A DNA stretch of 64,000 bases from Patescibacteria group bacterium (GTDB lineage Bacteria > Patescibacteriota > Minisyncoccia > Phycocordibacterales > Phycocordibacteraceae), in contig JAUPKX010000007.1 of the NCBI GenBank assembly GCA_030837225.1, positions 606-64,605 of the forward strand, written 5' to 3'. A program made the translations under genes and the position numbers. Under the pieces are notes generated by a model. It was given only the letters and a program-made list of their open reading frames with translations. It ran no database searches and had not been told where the DNA came from. Below, in pieces: positions 29,033-37,392 of the stretch; positions within the stretch are counted from its first letter, which is position 1; the number at the start of each line of letters is the position of its first letter.

Positions 29033-29062
29033 AAAAGGACCTGCTGTGGGCGGGTCCTTTTA
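29033..29062 (+). terminator. rho-independent terminator (msrB transcript)
   Basis: aaaa-GGACC-tgctgtgggcg-GGTCC-ttttat. Confidence 0.6.
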
Positions 29063-29187
29063 TATTATGAAACCTTTTATATGCTCAAGGGGTTCTAGGG
29101 GGTAGAGGGAACCAGAACTTTGAAAGACGACAGTATGAGACGCTCCAGAGCGCCTCTACCTTCCCTTTATCCATTTACGTCTATCGT

Positions 29188-29415
29188 ATGGCATTCACCA
29201 AAGCCATTGGACTCGGGATAGCTATTGTCGTCCTCAAACTACTGCTTCCCGGTGTCCTTGCCGAGATAGAACATACCGCCATCGCGTTCCTTCATGGTGC
29301 GCAAGTCTCCGCAAGTGTCGCAACCGACCTTGCCGCGAGTGCCGGGCATGTACGATTCAACAATGAACCGTTTGCCCTCCCTCGTGTCCCTGAGACACGC
29401 CCAGAAGCACGCTAG
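29188..29415 (+). CDS. small membrane protein, hypothetical
   Basis: 75 aa with N-terminal TM; plus-strand terminator 11 nt downstream supports plus-strand transcription. Confidence 0.3.
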   Translation: MAFTKAIGLGIAIVVLKLLLPGVLAEIEHTAIAFLHGAQVSASVATDLAASAGHVRFNNEPFALPRVPETRPEAR

Positions 29416-29425
29416 CCGTATGCAC

Positions 29426-29459
29426 GAACCGAACTCCCTGGGGTTCGGTTTTGTATTTT
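29426..29459 (+). terminator. rho-independent terminator
   Basis: GAACCGAAC-tccctggg-GTTCGGTT-ttgtatttta. Confidence 0.6.
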
Positions 29460-29461
29460 AT

Positions 29462-29488
29462 GCTGGCTGTCTGGGACGATATTCGAAC
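29462..29488 (+). repeat. 27-nt repeat copy A (gctggctgtctgggacgatattcgaac)
   Basis: Near-identical to 48392..48418 and 49063..49089 (24-26/27 matches); lies between terminator and the ATG at 29515. Confidence 0.7.
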
Positions 29489-29514
29489 GAATCTAACTCA
29501 GGTAGACTAAGGTT

Positions 29515-30159
29515 ATGGATTTCAATGGAAGAGCAGTGCGAATAGTTGCTGGTCAGCACGGCAACGAGAAGGGTCCAGTCAGGGCGCTTATCTCTCGAGG
29601 ATGCGACTTTATTCTAGGTAACCCAGAAGCCGGAGAACGGAACGTCCGGTACATAGATCAGGACCTAAACGCTTCCTACGGCGTAGACACCGGCACCTTT
29701 GAGTCAAAGCGTTCTCAGAAGATACTCGATCTTATTTCACCTGAAGACGTTGTTATAGATTTTCATACAACTTCCGCTAAGGGACCACCTTTTGCAATCC
29801 TTACGGATAAAGTGATGCTTCCTCTAGCTGAACGAACTGGGCTGGCCCATGCTGTCTTAATGACGCACAACATAAAGAAAGGTCACGCACTTATAAACGT
29901 ACGCGATGGTATCGCCGTTGAGATTTCTGGGTATGACACGCAGGAAAGTTTTGATACTTCCCTTTCAGTACTTGATGCTCTCGCATCAAGGAGATCATCT
30001 CCTCTTACGCTATACGAAGTGTATGGCCTTATAACTGAACCTGGAGTGTATGAGAACTTTGTAGAATGCGAAGACGGCTTCTATCCTGTTCTAGTAGGAG
30101 AAGAGTCGTATGACTTCATCGGACTAAAAGCACGCAGGATTGATTGGCTAACAGACTAA
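29515..30159 (+). CDS. succinylglutamate desuccinylase/aspartoacylase (AstE/AspA, M14-like) family protein, minimal 214-aa form
   Basis: VAGQHGNE zinc-ligand motif near N-terminus; second His region IDFHTT. Confidence 0.7.
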   Translation: MDFNGRAVRIVAGQHGNEKGPVRALISRGCDFILGNPEAGERNVRYIDQDLNASYGVDTGTFESKRSQKILDLISPEDVVIDFHTTSAKGPPFAILTDKVMLPLAERTGLAHAVLMTHNIKKGHALINVRDGIAVEISGYDTQESFDTSLSVLDALASRRSSPLTLYEVYGLITEPGVYENFVECEDGFYPVLVGEESYDFIGLKARRIDWLTD

Positions 30160-30572
30160 ATATCGAACCTATTCGTCCCCTCCTCTTCCCGATCATTCAC
30201 TCCATGCTCCGGCAACCCGAAGTAGTGCCCTACCTCATGCCATAGCGTTTCTCGCACCACAATACGTACCGCATCGCGGAATGCACGATCCATCTCGGTC
30301 GCCTCTTCCAATATTGGAAGTCGATAGAGAGTTATTGTGTCTGGCATGGTTATACCAACACCATACTCGCTCCCGCGCTCCGTAAGAGGAATACCATGAT
30401 AGAGACCGAGCAAGGACTCTCCTTCCTCAAGCCCTTCCTCTTCGCGAACCAAGTCACTCACATCGTCTTCAATGAGGAGCGCGAGGTTGGTTATCTTTTG
30501 TTTGAACTTGCCGGGAACGCGTTCCCACTCCGCATTAGCTATTTGCTCGAATTCCTGTTCACTCATATCCAT
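30156..30572 (-). CDS. zincin-like metallopeptidase (DUF1025-type, HExxH)
   Basis: HEVGHYFG motif near C-terminus, acidic N-terminal half; 138 aa. Confidence 0.6.
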   Translation of the reverse strand: MDMSEQEFEQIANAEWERVPGKFKQKITNLALLIEDDVSDLVREEEGLEEGESLLGLYHGIPLTERGSEYGVGITMPDTITLYRLPILEEATEMDRAFRDAVRIVVRETLWHEVGHYFGLPEHGVNDREEEGTNRFDI

Positions 30573-30575
30573 ACT

Positions 30576-31178
30576 CTAGCCGCGCTTGAACGAGAACGCG
30601 AGCGCCACCCAGAAAAGACCGAGTAGCCAGCCCCCAATGACATCCGAGAAGAAGTGCGCCCCGAGCGCAAGTCGACTCAACCCCACGAGAAGAATAATGA
30701 GGATACATAGGGCAACAGAGATGAAATGTCTCCTTCCTTGTTGCAGACGGGCACTTGCAACGGCAAGAAAACCGAAGAGCGCCATACTTGCAGTAGCGTG
30801 CCCGCTCGGAAACGAGAACGAAAGGAACGGATTAAGCCAAAGAAGCGTCTCTGGGCGCGTGCGCGAGACGAGCACCTTTACGACGTTCGTCGTTATAGTA
30901 CTGCCAACAAGCGCGATGATGAGCCGCTGTACGAGGCTCGGATGATGCCGCAACAATACGGCTGCACCAAGCGCAATAGCAACAATACCAACCACATCTC
31001 CGAACGTTGTTACCACGAGGAATCCCTGTACATAGGAAAAAGTTTGGAGCGGCGAAAGCAGAGTCGCAACCGGAATGTCGACAGCGCGCACGAGGCCTGG
31101 TGCGTAGTGTTGTGCGAGCGCGAGCGCGAGAAACGCTGCTCCAGATGCGAACGCGAGAGAGATCCATGTCTTATTCAT
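30576..31178 (-). CDS. PAP2-family membrane phosphatase
   Basis: KVLVSRTRP, PSGH and SRLALGAHFFSD motifs (PAP2 motifs 1-3) across six TM helices. Confidence 0.8.
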   Translation of the reverse strand: MNKTWISLAFASGAAFLALALAQHYAPGLVRAVDIPVATLLSPLQTFSYVQGFLVVTTFGDVVGIVAIALGAAVLLRHHPSLVQRLIIALVGSTITTNVVKVLVSRTRPETLLWLNPFLSFSFPSGHATASMALFGFLAVASARLQQGRRHFISVALCILIILLVGLSRLALGAHFFSDVIGGWLLGLFWVALAFSFKRG

Positions 31179-31684
31179 AGCGTCCTACTATCATAGGCCC
31201 AGTGCAGCACTGCTTGTCGCTGCTTCGTATGGCAGGTCGCGTCTCCTTTCCGACACGCATACTTTATCTGTGCCACATGCCGTACCATCTGCCTCCATCG
31301 CTTGATTTGTCTCTGGTCCTCTTCCGGTAGTCTGCGTCCTGAATAGTACCGGCAGTACCACTGGAACCATCCGCGCGGATCCTCATGGTAGATCCATCCC
31401 TTCGCGCGCCAGACAGAGAGAGGTTGAGACGCATTTACGCCGAAATAGTTGAGGGTTGGATCGTGTCGCTCATGACAAAGTTGCACGCCCTGGTACCAGC
31501 TCTTTGGGAATTCTTCTTTGCAGTCAGTCATGTACTTTCCGCCAAATGATCCGAGCGCGAGCATTTCTTTTGGAGTAAGTTCCGGGGTGAATGCAGGATC
31601 AAAGTTTTTGCCCATCGGCTGTGTGCGCAGATACTTATAATTCTTCTGCATGAGATCGTTCACCACGACTTCTTTGGGCGTCAT
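31175..31684 (-). CDS. hypothetical protein, Cys/Trp-rich
   Basis: 169 aa, 7 Cys and 8 Trp, no recognisable domain. Confidence 0.5.
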   Translation of the reverse strand: MTPKEVVVNDLMQKNYKYLRTQPMGKNFDPAFTPELTPKEMLALGSFGGKYMTDCKEEFPKSWYQGVQLCHERHDPTLNYFGVNASQPLSVWRAKGWIYHEDPRGWFQWYCRYYSGRRLPEEDQRQIKRWRQMVRHVAQIKYACRKGDATCHTKQRQAVLHWAYDSRTL

Positions 31685-31742
31685 GTGTGTATCATAGCAA
31701 AAGCCGCCCCGAGGAGCGGCCTTGCTATTTCCCTTTCGAACG

Positions 31743-32429
31743 CTATTTTGCGAGTTCGGCGTCGATAAGCGCCTTCACATTCTCGAACGGCTGCGCACCC
31801 GAAACGAGCGTAGTGCCGATAACAGTGCCTGGCGTTCCGTTGATTCCGAACGTTTGACCTTCCTCGCGATCTGCGTCGACCGCAGCCTGATAGTCAGTAC
31901 GGTTGTCAGCAATGAGCTTGTTGATGCGCACGATATCAAGACCGAGACGCGTTGAGAGCGCATCCATTGCAGCCTGATTCAAGGTACTTTCCTCTCCACC
32001 CTCGAACATGCCACTGAACCAGTCGTGCCAGCGATCAGGATAGGCTTCCCATACAGCACGAGAGTAGATGGCGGCATCGTTGGATGCTGGACCAAGGAAC
32101 TGGAAGTCCTTGTAGACGACCCGGACCTTGTCGCCATAGCTGCTCATAACTTCCTTCATGGTCGTGGTCTCAAACTGCTTGCAGAAGCCGCACTGGTAAT
32201 CGAACCAAACCGCAACCGCGACCGGTGCATTCTTTGGTCCTACAAACGGACTGGTATCAAGCTTCACGTCCTTGATATCAACCGCGACAGGCTCTGGAGT
32301 CTTCTCTGCACGATCTCCTCCCTGGCCGAACGCGAATGCGCCGCCGATAATAAGCGCGCCCACGAGGACCGCAAGTGCGGTACCGTATTTCTCGAAGAAG
32401 CTACCTGCTTCCTGTGCTTTGGTATCCAT
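31743..32429 (-). CDS. DsbA-like thiol:disulfide oxidoreductase, membrane-anchored
   Basis: N-terminal TM then thioredoxin fold with CGFC active site. Confidence 0.8.
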   Translation of the reverse strand: MDTKAQEAGSFFEKYGTALAVLVGALIIGGAFAFGQGGDRAEKTPEPVAVDIKDVKLDTSPFVGPKNAPVAVAVWFDYQCGFCKQFETTTMKEVMSSYGDKVRVVYKDFQFLGPASNDAAIYSRAVWEAYPDRWHDWFSGMFEGGEESTLNQAAMDALSTRLGLDIVRINKLIADNRTDYQAAVDADREEGQTFGINGTPGTVIGTTLVSGAQPFENVKALIDAELAK

Positions 32430-32518
32430 ACGAATATATATGCCCTTAAATGCTATACCCCCAGTATAGCAAATCCCCCAGGACCCGAAGATCCTAGGGG
32501 ATTTGCCTTGTGTTTTCC

Positions 32519-33958
32519 TTACGGAATGAAGGTGAGGGCCATGCCCGCCTTCCCTGCGCGACCGGTACGGCCGATACGGTGGGTGTAATCCTCGTAGGTA
32601 GACGGAAGGTCGTAGTTGATCACGTGCGAGACGCCCGAGATATCAAGACCACGTGCAGCAACGTCAGTTGCCGTAAGTACACGCGCATCGCCACGCTTGA
32701 AGGCTATGAGAGCCTTCTGGCGCGCCGAGTGCGTCTTGTTTCCGTGGATGGAATCAGCTTTGACACCCGTTGAACGAAGATCTTTCGCAAGACGCTCAAC
32801 ACCGTGCTTGGTACGTCCGAAAACGAGCACTTTGTCGAAGCTCTCCTCCTTGAGGAGCTCAACAAGCTTGTCGAACTTCTGGCTGTGATGGACGCGGACA
32901 ACGTCCTGATCAATCGTGTGTGAAGTCTCGCGCGTCTTAACTGACACATGCACAGGGTCGTTCAAGAACGCACCGATGAGTGCCTGAATATCGCGCGACA
33001 TCGTAGCCGAGAAGAAGAGTGTGTGACGTTCAGAACGCATCTTCGACATGATGAAACGCATGTCGTCGATGAATCCCATGTCGAGCATACGATCTGCCTC
33101 GTCGAGTACAACCGTGCTGAACTTCGACAAGTCGAGCTCACGGCGCTCCATAAGGTCCTTCAAGCGTCCTGGCGTACCAATAACAAATGCCGGGTTGCGC
33201 TTAAGGACGCGAATCTGCGGAACGATGTTCGCGCCGCCCACGCAGGTTACAGAATTAACGCCGAGTCCCTTCGAGAAGCCGAAGAACTCGTCTTCAATCT
33301 GGATAGCGAGCTCGCGGGTAGGCACCATAACAAGCACGCGCTCGTCTACGCCAAGAGCACGGAACTTTAGTACCTTGTCGATGAGTGGAATAAGGAACGC
33401 AGCAGTCTTGCCGGTTCCGGTGTTCGCGATACCAACGACGTCCTTTCCAGCGAGCATCGGAAGGATGGACTGGTCCTGGATAGGCGTTGGGGTGATGTAG
33501 CCCTTGTTCGCGATGTTTGTCTTCAAGCGTTCGTCAACCGCGAAGTCTGCGAACGTGTGTGTTGGTACGTATACCTCAACCTCTGCTGGAGCTGTTGCCT
33601 TGTTAACGAGCTTTGAGAGATCGACGTTCATCTCCTGGAAGTTGCGTCCACCGGAGCGTGCGCCACCACCACTACGAGATCCGCCCTGAGTTGGGCGTGA
33701 GAAACCACCACGGGAGCCGGAGCCACCGCGTGAAGATCCTGCATCGCGACGTGGGCCACGAGAAGATGATCCGCTGGAACGGGAACGCTTAAATTCTGCA
33801 GCTGCTGTTGCAGGACGCTTGAAGCCGTTATCAAGTGCGAACTTCATGCCTGCTTCGTATGCAGAGCTCATTGCTGGTGCGCGACCGCCGGAGCGTCCGC
33901 GAGGAGCGTTCGAGGAGCGGCGAGGCCCGCTTGAACGCGTGTCATTCTTTGAATTCAT
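32519..33958 (-). CDS. DEAD-box ATP-dependent RNA helicase with ~110-aa Arg/Gly/Ser-rich N-terminal tail
   Basis: Q-motif, GTGKT, DEAD (VLDEADRM), SAT, HRIGRTGRAG; N-terminal RGG/RS repeats (SGGRAPA...SRGGSGSRGGFSRPTQGGSRSGGGARSGGR). Confidence 0.9.
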   Translation of the reverse strand: MNSKNDTRSSGPRRSSNAPRGRSGGRAPAMSSAYEAGMKFALDNGFKRPATAAAEFKRSRSSGSSSRGPRRDAGSSRGGSGSRGGFSRPTQGGSRSGGGARSGGRNFQEMNVDLSKLVNKATAPAEVEVYVPTHTFADFAVDERLKTNIANKGYITPTPIQDQSILPMLAGKDVVGIANTGTGKTAAFLIPLIDKVLKFRALGVDERVLVMVPTRELAIQIEDEFFGFSKGLGVNSVTCVGGANIVPQIRVLKRNPAFVIGTPGRLKDLMERRELDLSKFSTVVLDEADRMLDMGFIDDMRFIMSKMRSERHTLFFSATMSRDIQALIGAFLNDPVHVSVKTRETSHTIDQDVVRVHHSQKFDKLVELLKEESFDKVLVFGRTKHGVERLAKDLRSTGVKADSIHGNKTHSARQKALIAFKRGDARVLTATDVAARGLDISGVSHVINYDLPSTYEDYTHRIGRTGRAGKAGMALTFIP

Positions 33959-34212
33959 ATGAGTGAAATACTAGTGCACGGGTGAGCGTGCGGTTTGTGT
34001 AAGTAGTCAGGATTCTGACTCAACCGTTCTCGAGAGTTTCAAGCCGTGCGCTTTCGCGCGGTGCCTGGTCTTGAATGACTCTTCAAGACGCCAAACCGTG
34101 GAGTAACCGTTGTGGGGCTAGTATAGCAGAAGTGTGATTTTTGGCAAGTGCTTCAACGATGGGTATACCAAAAAACCCTGCAAATACAGTATGTTTTGTC
34201 TAGAGTGGCTAC

Positions 34213-34365
34213 CTAGGCAATGGGCTTATTGCCCTGAATAAGCCTAACGAGCACCACAATTATGGCAATAACGAGGAGCAGGTGTACGAATCCGCCGAGC
34301 GTGTACGACGTCACGAGACCTACCAGCCAAACAACAAGAAGGATTGCAGCGATGGTGTACAGCAT
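34213..34365 (-). CDS. Lmo0937-family tiny membrane protein (50 aa; below ORF-track cutoff)
   Basis: MLYTIAAILLVVWLVGLVTSYTLGGFVHLLLVIAIIVVLVRLIQGNKPIA: two TM helices with GG hinge, the recognisable lmo0937-family pattern. Confidence 0.45.
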   Translation of the reverse strand: MLYTIAAILLVVWLVGLVTSYTLGGFVHLLLVIAIIVVLVRLIQGNKPIA

Positions 34366-34430
34366 GAGTATGATTTGAATCAGGTAAGCCTATAGCGTAC
34401 ATAACCACACCTAGAGGATGTATGAAGAAA

Positions 34431-34459
34431 GGCCGTGCCAGCAATTGCTGAACACGGCC
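34431..34459 (-). terminator. terminator hairpin downstream of 34472..34822
   Basis: GGCCGTG-ccagcaattgctgaa-CACGGCC flanked by T-rich runs on both strands. Confidence 0.5.
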
Positions 34460-34471
34460 CTTTCTCTAACT

Positions 34472-34822
34472 CTATGACTTCCAGACAATAGTAACGAAGT
34501 TGGACACAGCGACAGCATCGATGAGCGGTCGTTTTCCCTTTCCCACGTCCTTCGAAAGTTCGCCGAAGTATTCCATCGCGTTCTTGATGAAACACGAGTT
34601 ATAGCCGATTCGATGGGCTCGAAACGTTGGGAACGTACACGCACTCTCGAAGAACAGTCGACCTGCGCGATTGAAGTCCGTTGCCATGATGTGCGTCTCG
34701 TGTCCATCCAAAGTCTTGAACACGAGTGCCGCAATCAGGAGGTCTTCCTCGCGCAGCGGATTCACTATTCCGCATGCGTCAGCAAGACGTTGCACGTTTG
34801 CCGTGTATCTATCGAAGGCCAT
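34472..34822 (-). CDS. hypothetical protein
   Basis: 116 aa, no recognisable motif; terminator downstream. Confidence 0.45.
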   Translation of the reverse strand: MAFDRYTANVQRLADACGIVNPLREEDLLIAALVFKTLDGHETHIMATDFNRAGRLFFESACTFPTFRAHRIGYNSCFIKNAMEYFGELSKDVGKGKRPLIDAVAVSNFVTIVWKS

Positions 34823-34905
34823 TTTCTCTCCCCTATAGTTTGGTTATTGAAACAACAAGTCGCTCGGATAGTAGAACTATCCGAGCGACTTGTCAAAACA
34901 CTAAA

Positions 34906-36699
34906 CTAGGACCGCTTGCTCCTTGCGCGATCAGACTCCGTGAGTCCCTGCTTGCGCAGACGCACCGAGAGCGGTGTGATCTCGAGATACTCGTCGTCCG
35001 ACATAACTTCAAGACCACGCTCAATAGTAAGAGTGAACGCTGGCACGAGGTTGATTGCTTCATCCATACCCGAGGAACGAACGTTGGACTGATTCTTTCC
35101 CTTCGTTGGATTAACCACCATCTCCTCGCCTTTCGAGGTGTTGCCCACAACCATGCCCTCATACACTTCCGTAGCCGGAATGATGTAGAGAACACCACGC
35201 TCCTGCATACTCCAGAGTGCGTAGCCGAGTGCCTTACCAGACGCCATAGAGATCATGGAGCCAACCTGGCGCTTCTTGATCTCGCCTGCGTACGGCTTGA
35301 AGCCAATAACGCGTGTTGAGAGAATTCCTTCGCCCTTCGTATCAACCACGAACTGGTTGCGGTACCCGAGGAGTCCGCGCGTAGGACCTTCGAGCGTAAG
35401 GCGCACTGTATCGCCATGCTGAATCAAGTTCTGGAGTACGAACGCGCGCATACCAAGACGCTCAATAATGGAGCCCTGGAACTCAGTTGGAGTGTCGATA
35501 GTAACCTCCTCGTATGGCTCGAGCTTCTGGCCCTCCTCCTCTCGGATAATTACCTGCGGCTGGCTGACCTGCATCTCGTATCCTGCACGACGCATGTTCT
35601 CAAGGAGAATCGCGATGTGGAGCTCGCCACGACCGGAAACCTTGAAGGCGTCAGGAGAAACAAAGTCCACCTTAAGGCCCACGTTCACCTCAAGCTCGCG
35701 CTCGAGATACTCGCGGAGCTGGCGACTCGTTACGTACTTTCCTTCGCGTCCGGCGAACGGCGAGTTGTTAACGAGGAAGTTAACGGTGATGGTAGGCTCG
35801 TCGATTGCGATTGCGGGCATCGCGTCGATTGATGCATCGGTCGTTATGGTCTCGCCAATGTAGGCATCATCAATTCCCGCAACAATAACGATGTCGCCCG
35901 CTACTGCCTCAGGGACGTCCACGCGCTCAAGACCCTTGAAGGTGAAGAGTTTTGTGATCTTCGCGTTACGAGCAGTACCGTCTGGCTTCTTTACGATAAC
36001 AGCCTGTCCTGCCTTAGCGACTCCTTCGTAGACGCGCGCAATAGCGAGTCGTCCGAGGAAGTTGTCGTAGGCGAGATTGAAGGTCTGGAGCTTGAGAGGC
36101 TTTGCAGACTCAACATCGCTTGAGGTTGGCTCTACATGCTCGAGAATAACATCAAGAAGCGGTGTCAGGTCCACACGAGGATCATCGAGCTTCTTCATAG
36201 CGACACCCTCGCGGCCAATCGCGTAGACGGTTGTGAAGTCAGACTGCTCGTCGGACGCTCCAAGCTCAAGGAAAAGCTCAAGTACCTGATCCTCTGCACG
36301 TGCAGCATCTGCTGCCGGCTTGTCGATCTTGTTAAGTACAACAATTGGCTTTAGACCAAGCTCAAGAGACTTCTTGAGTACGAAACGGGTCTGTGGCATC
36401 GGACCTTCCTGCGCATCAACAATAAGGAGCACGGAGTCGATAGAGCGAAGTACGCGCTCAACTTCTGAACCGAAGTCGGAGTGGCCTGGGGTGTCCACGA
36501 TGTTGATCTTGGTTCCCTTATACTCGATAGAGGTGTTCTTCGAGTAAATGGTGATACCACGCTCGTGCTCGAGCGCGTTTGAGTCCATAGAGACGCCTTC
36601 AGCGGCGGCTCCAGTCTGCTTCATGATGGCGTCGGTCAGCGTGGTCTTGCCGTGGTCCACGTGCGCGATAATAGCGATATTCCTGATTTCCATAGTCAA
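34906..36699 (-). CDS. typA: translational GTPase TypA/BipA
   Basis: 597 aa; IRNIAIIAHVDHGKTTL, DTPGHSDF; TypA C-terminal domain; TTG start per track. Confidence 0.95.
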   Translation of the reverse strand: MTMEIRNIAIIAHVDHGKTTLTDAIMKQTGAAAEGVSMDSNALEHERGITIYSKNTSIEYKGTKINIVDTPGHSDFGSEVERVLRSIDSVLLIVDAQEGPMPQTRFVLKKSLELGLKPIVVLNKIDKPAADAARAEDQVLELFLELGASDEQSDFTTVYAIGREGVAMKKLDDPRVDLTPLLDVILEHVEPTSSDVESAKPLKLQTFNLAYDNFLGRLAIARVYEGVAKAGQAVIVKKPDGTARNAKITKLFTFKGLERVDVPEAVAGDIVIVAGIDDAYIGETITTDASIDAMPAIAIDEPTITVNFLVNNSPFAGREGKYVTSRQLREYLERELEVNVGLKVDFVSPDAFKVSGRGELHIAILLENMRRAGYEMQVSQPQVIIREEEGQKLEPYEEVTIDTPTEFQGSIIERLGMRAFVLQNLIQHGDTVRLTLEGPTRGLLGYRNQFVVDTKGEGILSTRVIGFKPYAGEIKKRQVGSMISMASGKALGYALWSMQERGVLYIIPATEVYEGMVVGNTSKGEEMVVNPTKGKNQSNVRSSGMDEAINLVPAFTLTIERGLEVMSDDEYLEITPLSVRLRKQGLTESDRARSKRS

Positions 36700-36769
36700 T
36701 AAAAATAAAAATGCCCCCAGGGCTTAGATAGTCTTAAAGTACCTTTATATAGGCGTTGCGTCAATGCGG

Positions 36770-36810
36770 ACAAAGAAAAATCGCCCGCAGCATGCAGCCG
36801 CGGGCGATTT
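36770..36810 (-). terminator. rho-independent terminator downstream of 36835..37305
   Basis: ATCGCCCGC-agcatgcagcc-GCGGGCGAT followed on minus strand by tttttctttg. Confidence 0.55.
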
Positions 36811-36834
36811 GGAAGGTTGACTATAAGATAGATT

Positions 36835-37305
36835 TTAAGCGGCCTTGCTTTCCGCAAGACGTTTCCGAACGCTCAGATATTCGGAGGCGCCAAGTTTGGC
36901 GCAGAGACAGTCCAGACCACGACCCGCACCGGCCACGCCGACGGAAGCGGTGATTTCGAATTTGGTGTCGATCACAGGCACACCTCCGGCATGGAGCTTG
37001 TGGCTTGCATCGTCACTCCGAAGTTCCTGTTCACTCGGAAGCAGCAACGATGGATGGTTTCGAAGAACATCGTTGACCGACCTGCCAGTTCGAAGGGAAA
37101 TCTCAGCTTTCAACTGAGAATACTTCCTGACCAGACCCGAATCGTTGTAAACAGGTCCAAGCCAGAAGTCCCAGTAGCCGTCACCATCCATTATGACCAT
37201 ATGGATAGTGGTCGGATTGGTTGGGTCCATTTGATCGGCTTCCCGGATAAGGTCACTGACCCTTCGGAAGGCTGACGCTGCCGCAATCTCCCTTGGATCT
37301 TCCAT
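36835..37305 (-). CDS. GlcG/HbpS-like protein (DUF336), tentative
   Basis: C-terminal HAGGVPVIDTKFEITASVGVAGAGRGLDCLCAKLG resembles DUF336 core (GG.P....G.iGaiGvSG...D..CA). Confidence 0.4.
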   Translation of the reverse strand: MEDPREIAAASAFRRVSDLIREADQMDPTNPTTIHMVIMDGDGYWDFWLGPVYNDSGLVRKYSQLKAEISLRTGRSVNDVLRNHPSLLLPSEQELRSDDASHKLHAGGVPVIDTKFEITASVGVAGAGRGLDCLCAKLGASEYLSVRKRLAESKAA

Positions 37306-37392
37306 ATCTTGTTCCTATTCTTCCTTTGTACACAAACCGCCGACCGGTTCGTTAGGAGAAACCTACTCCTCAGCTATTGAAAAGTAAAGAGC

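Noticed and set aside
29200-29420. Minus-strand 36-aa zinc-ribbon-like mini-ORF (MPGTRGKVGCDTCGDLRTMKERDGGMFYLGKDTGKQ) opposite 29188..29415
   Set aside because: Would have to start inside the plus-strand terminator hairpin; the plus-strand ORF is favoured because that terminator is oriented for it. Neither is strongly supported.
30160-30185. Possible fourth, inverted copy of the repeat (aaatatcgaacctattcgtcccc) just after 29515..30159
   Set aside because: Similarity is limited to atatcgaac/gggacgaat and the sequence is the C-terminal coding region (TNRFDI*) of the convergent metallopeptidase gene; treated as coincidence.
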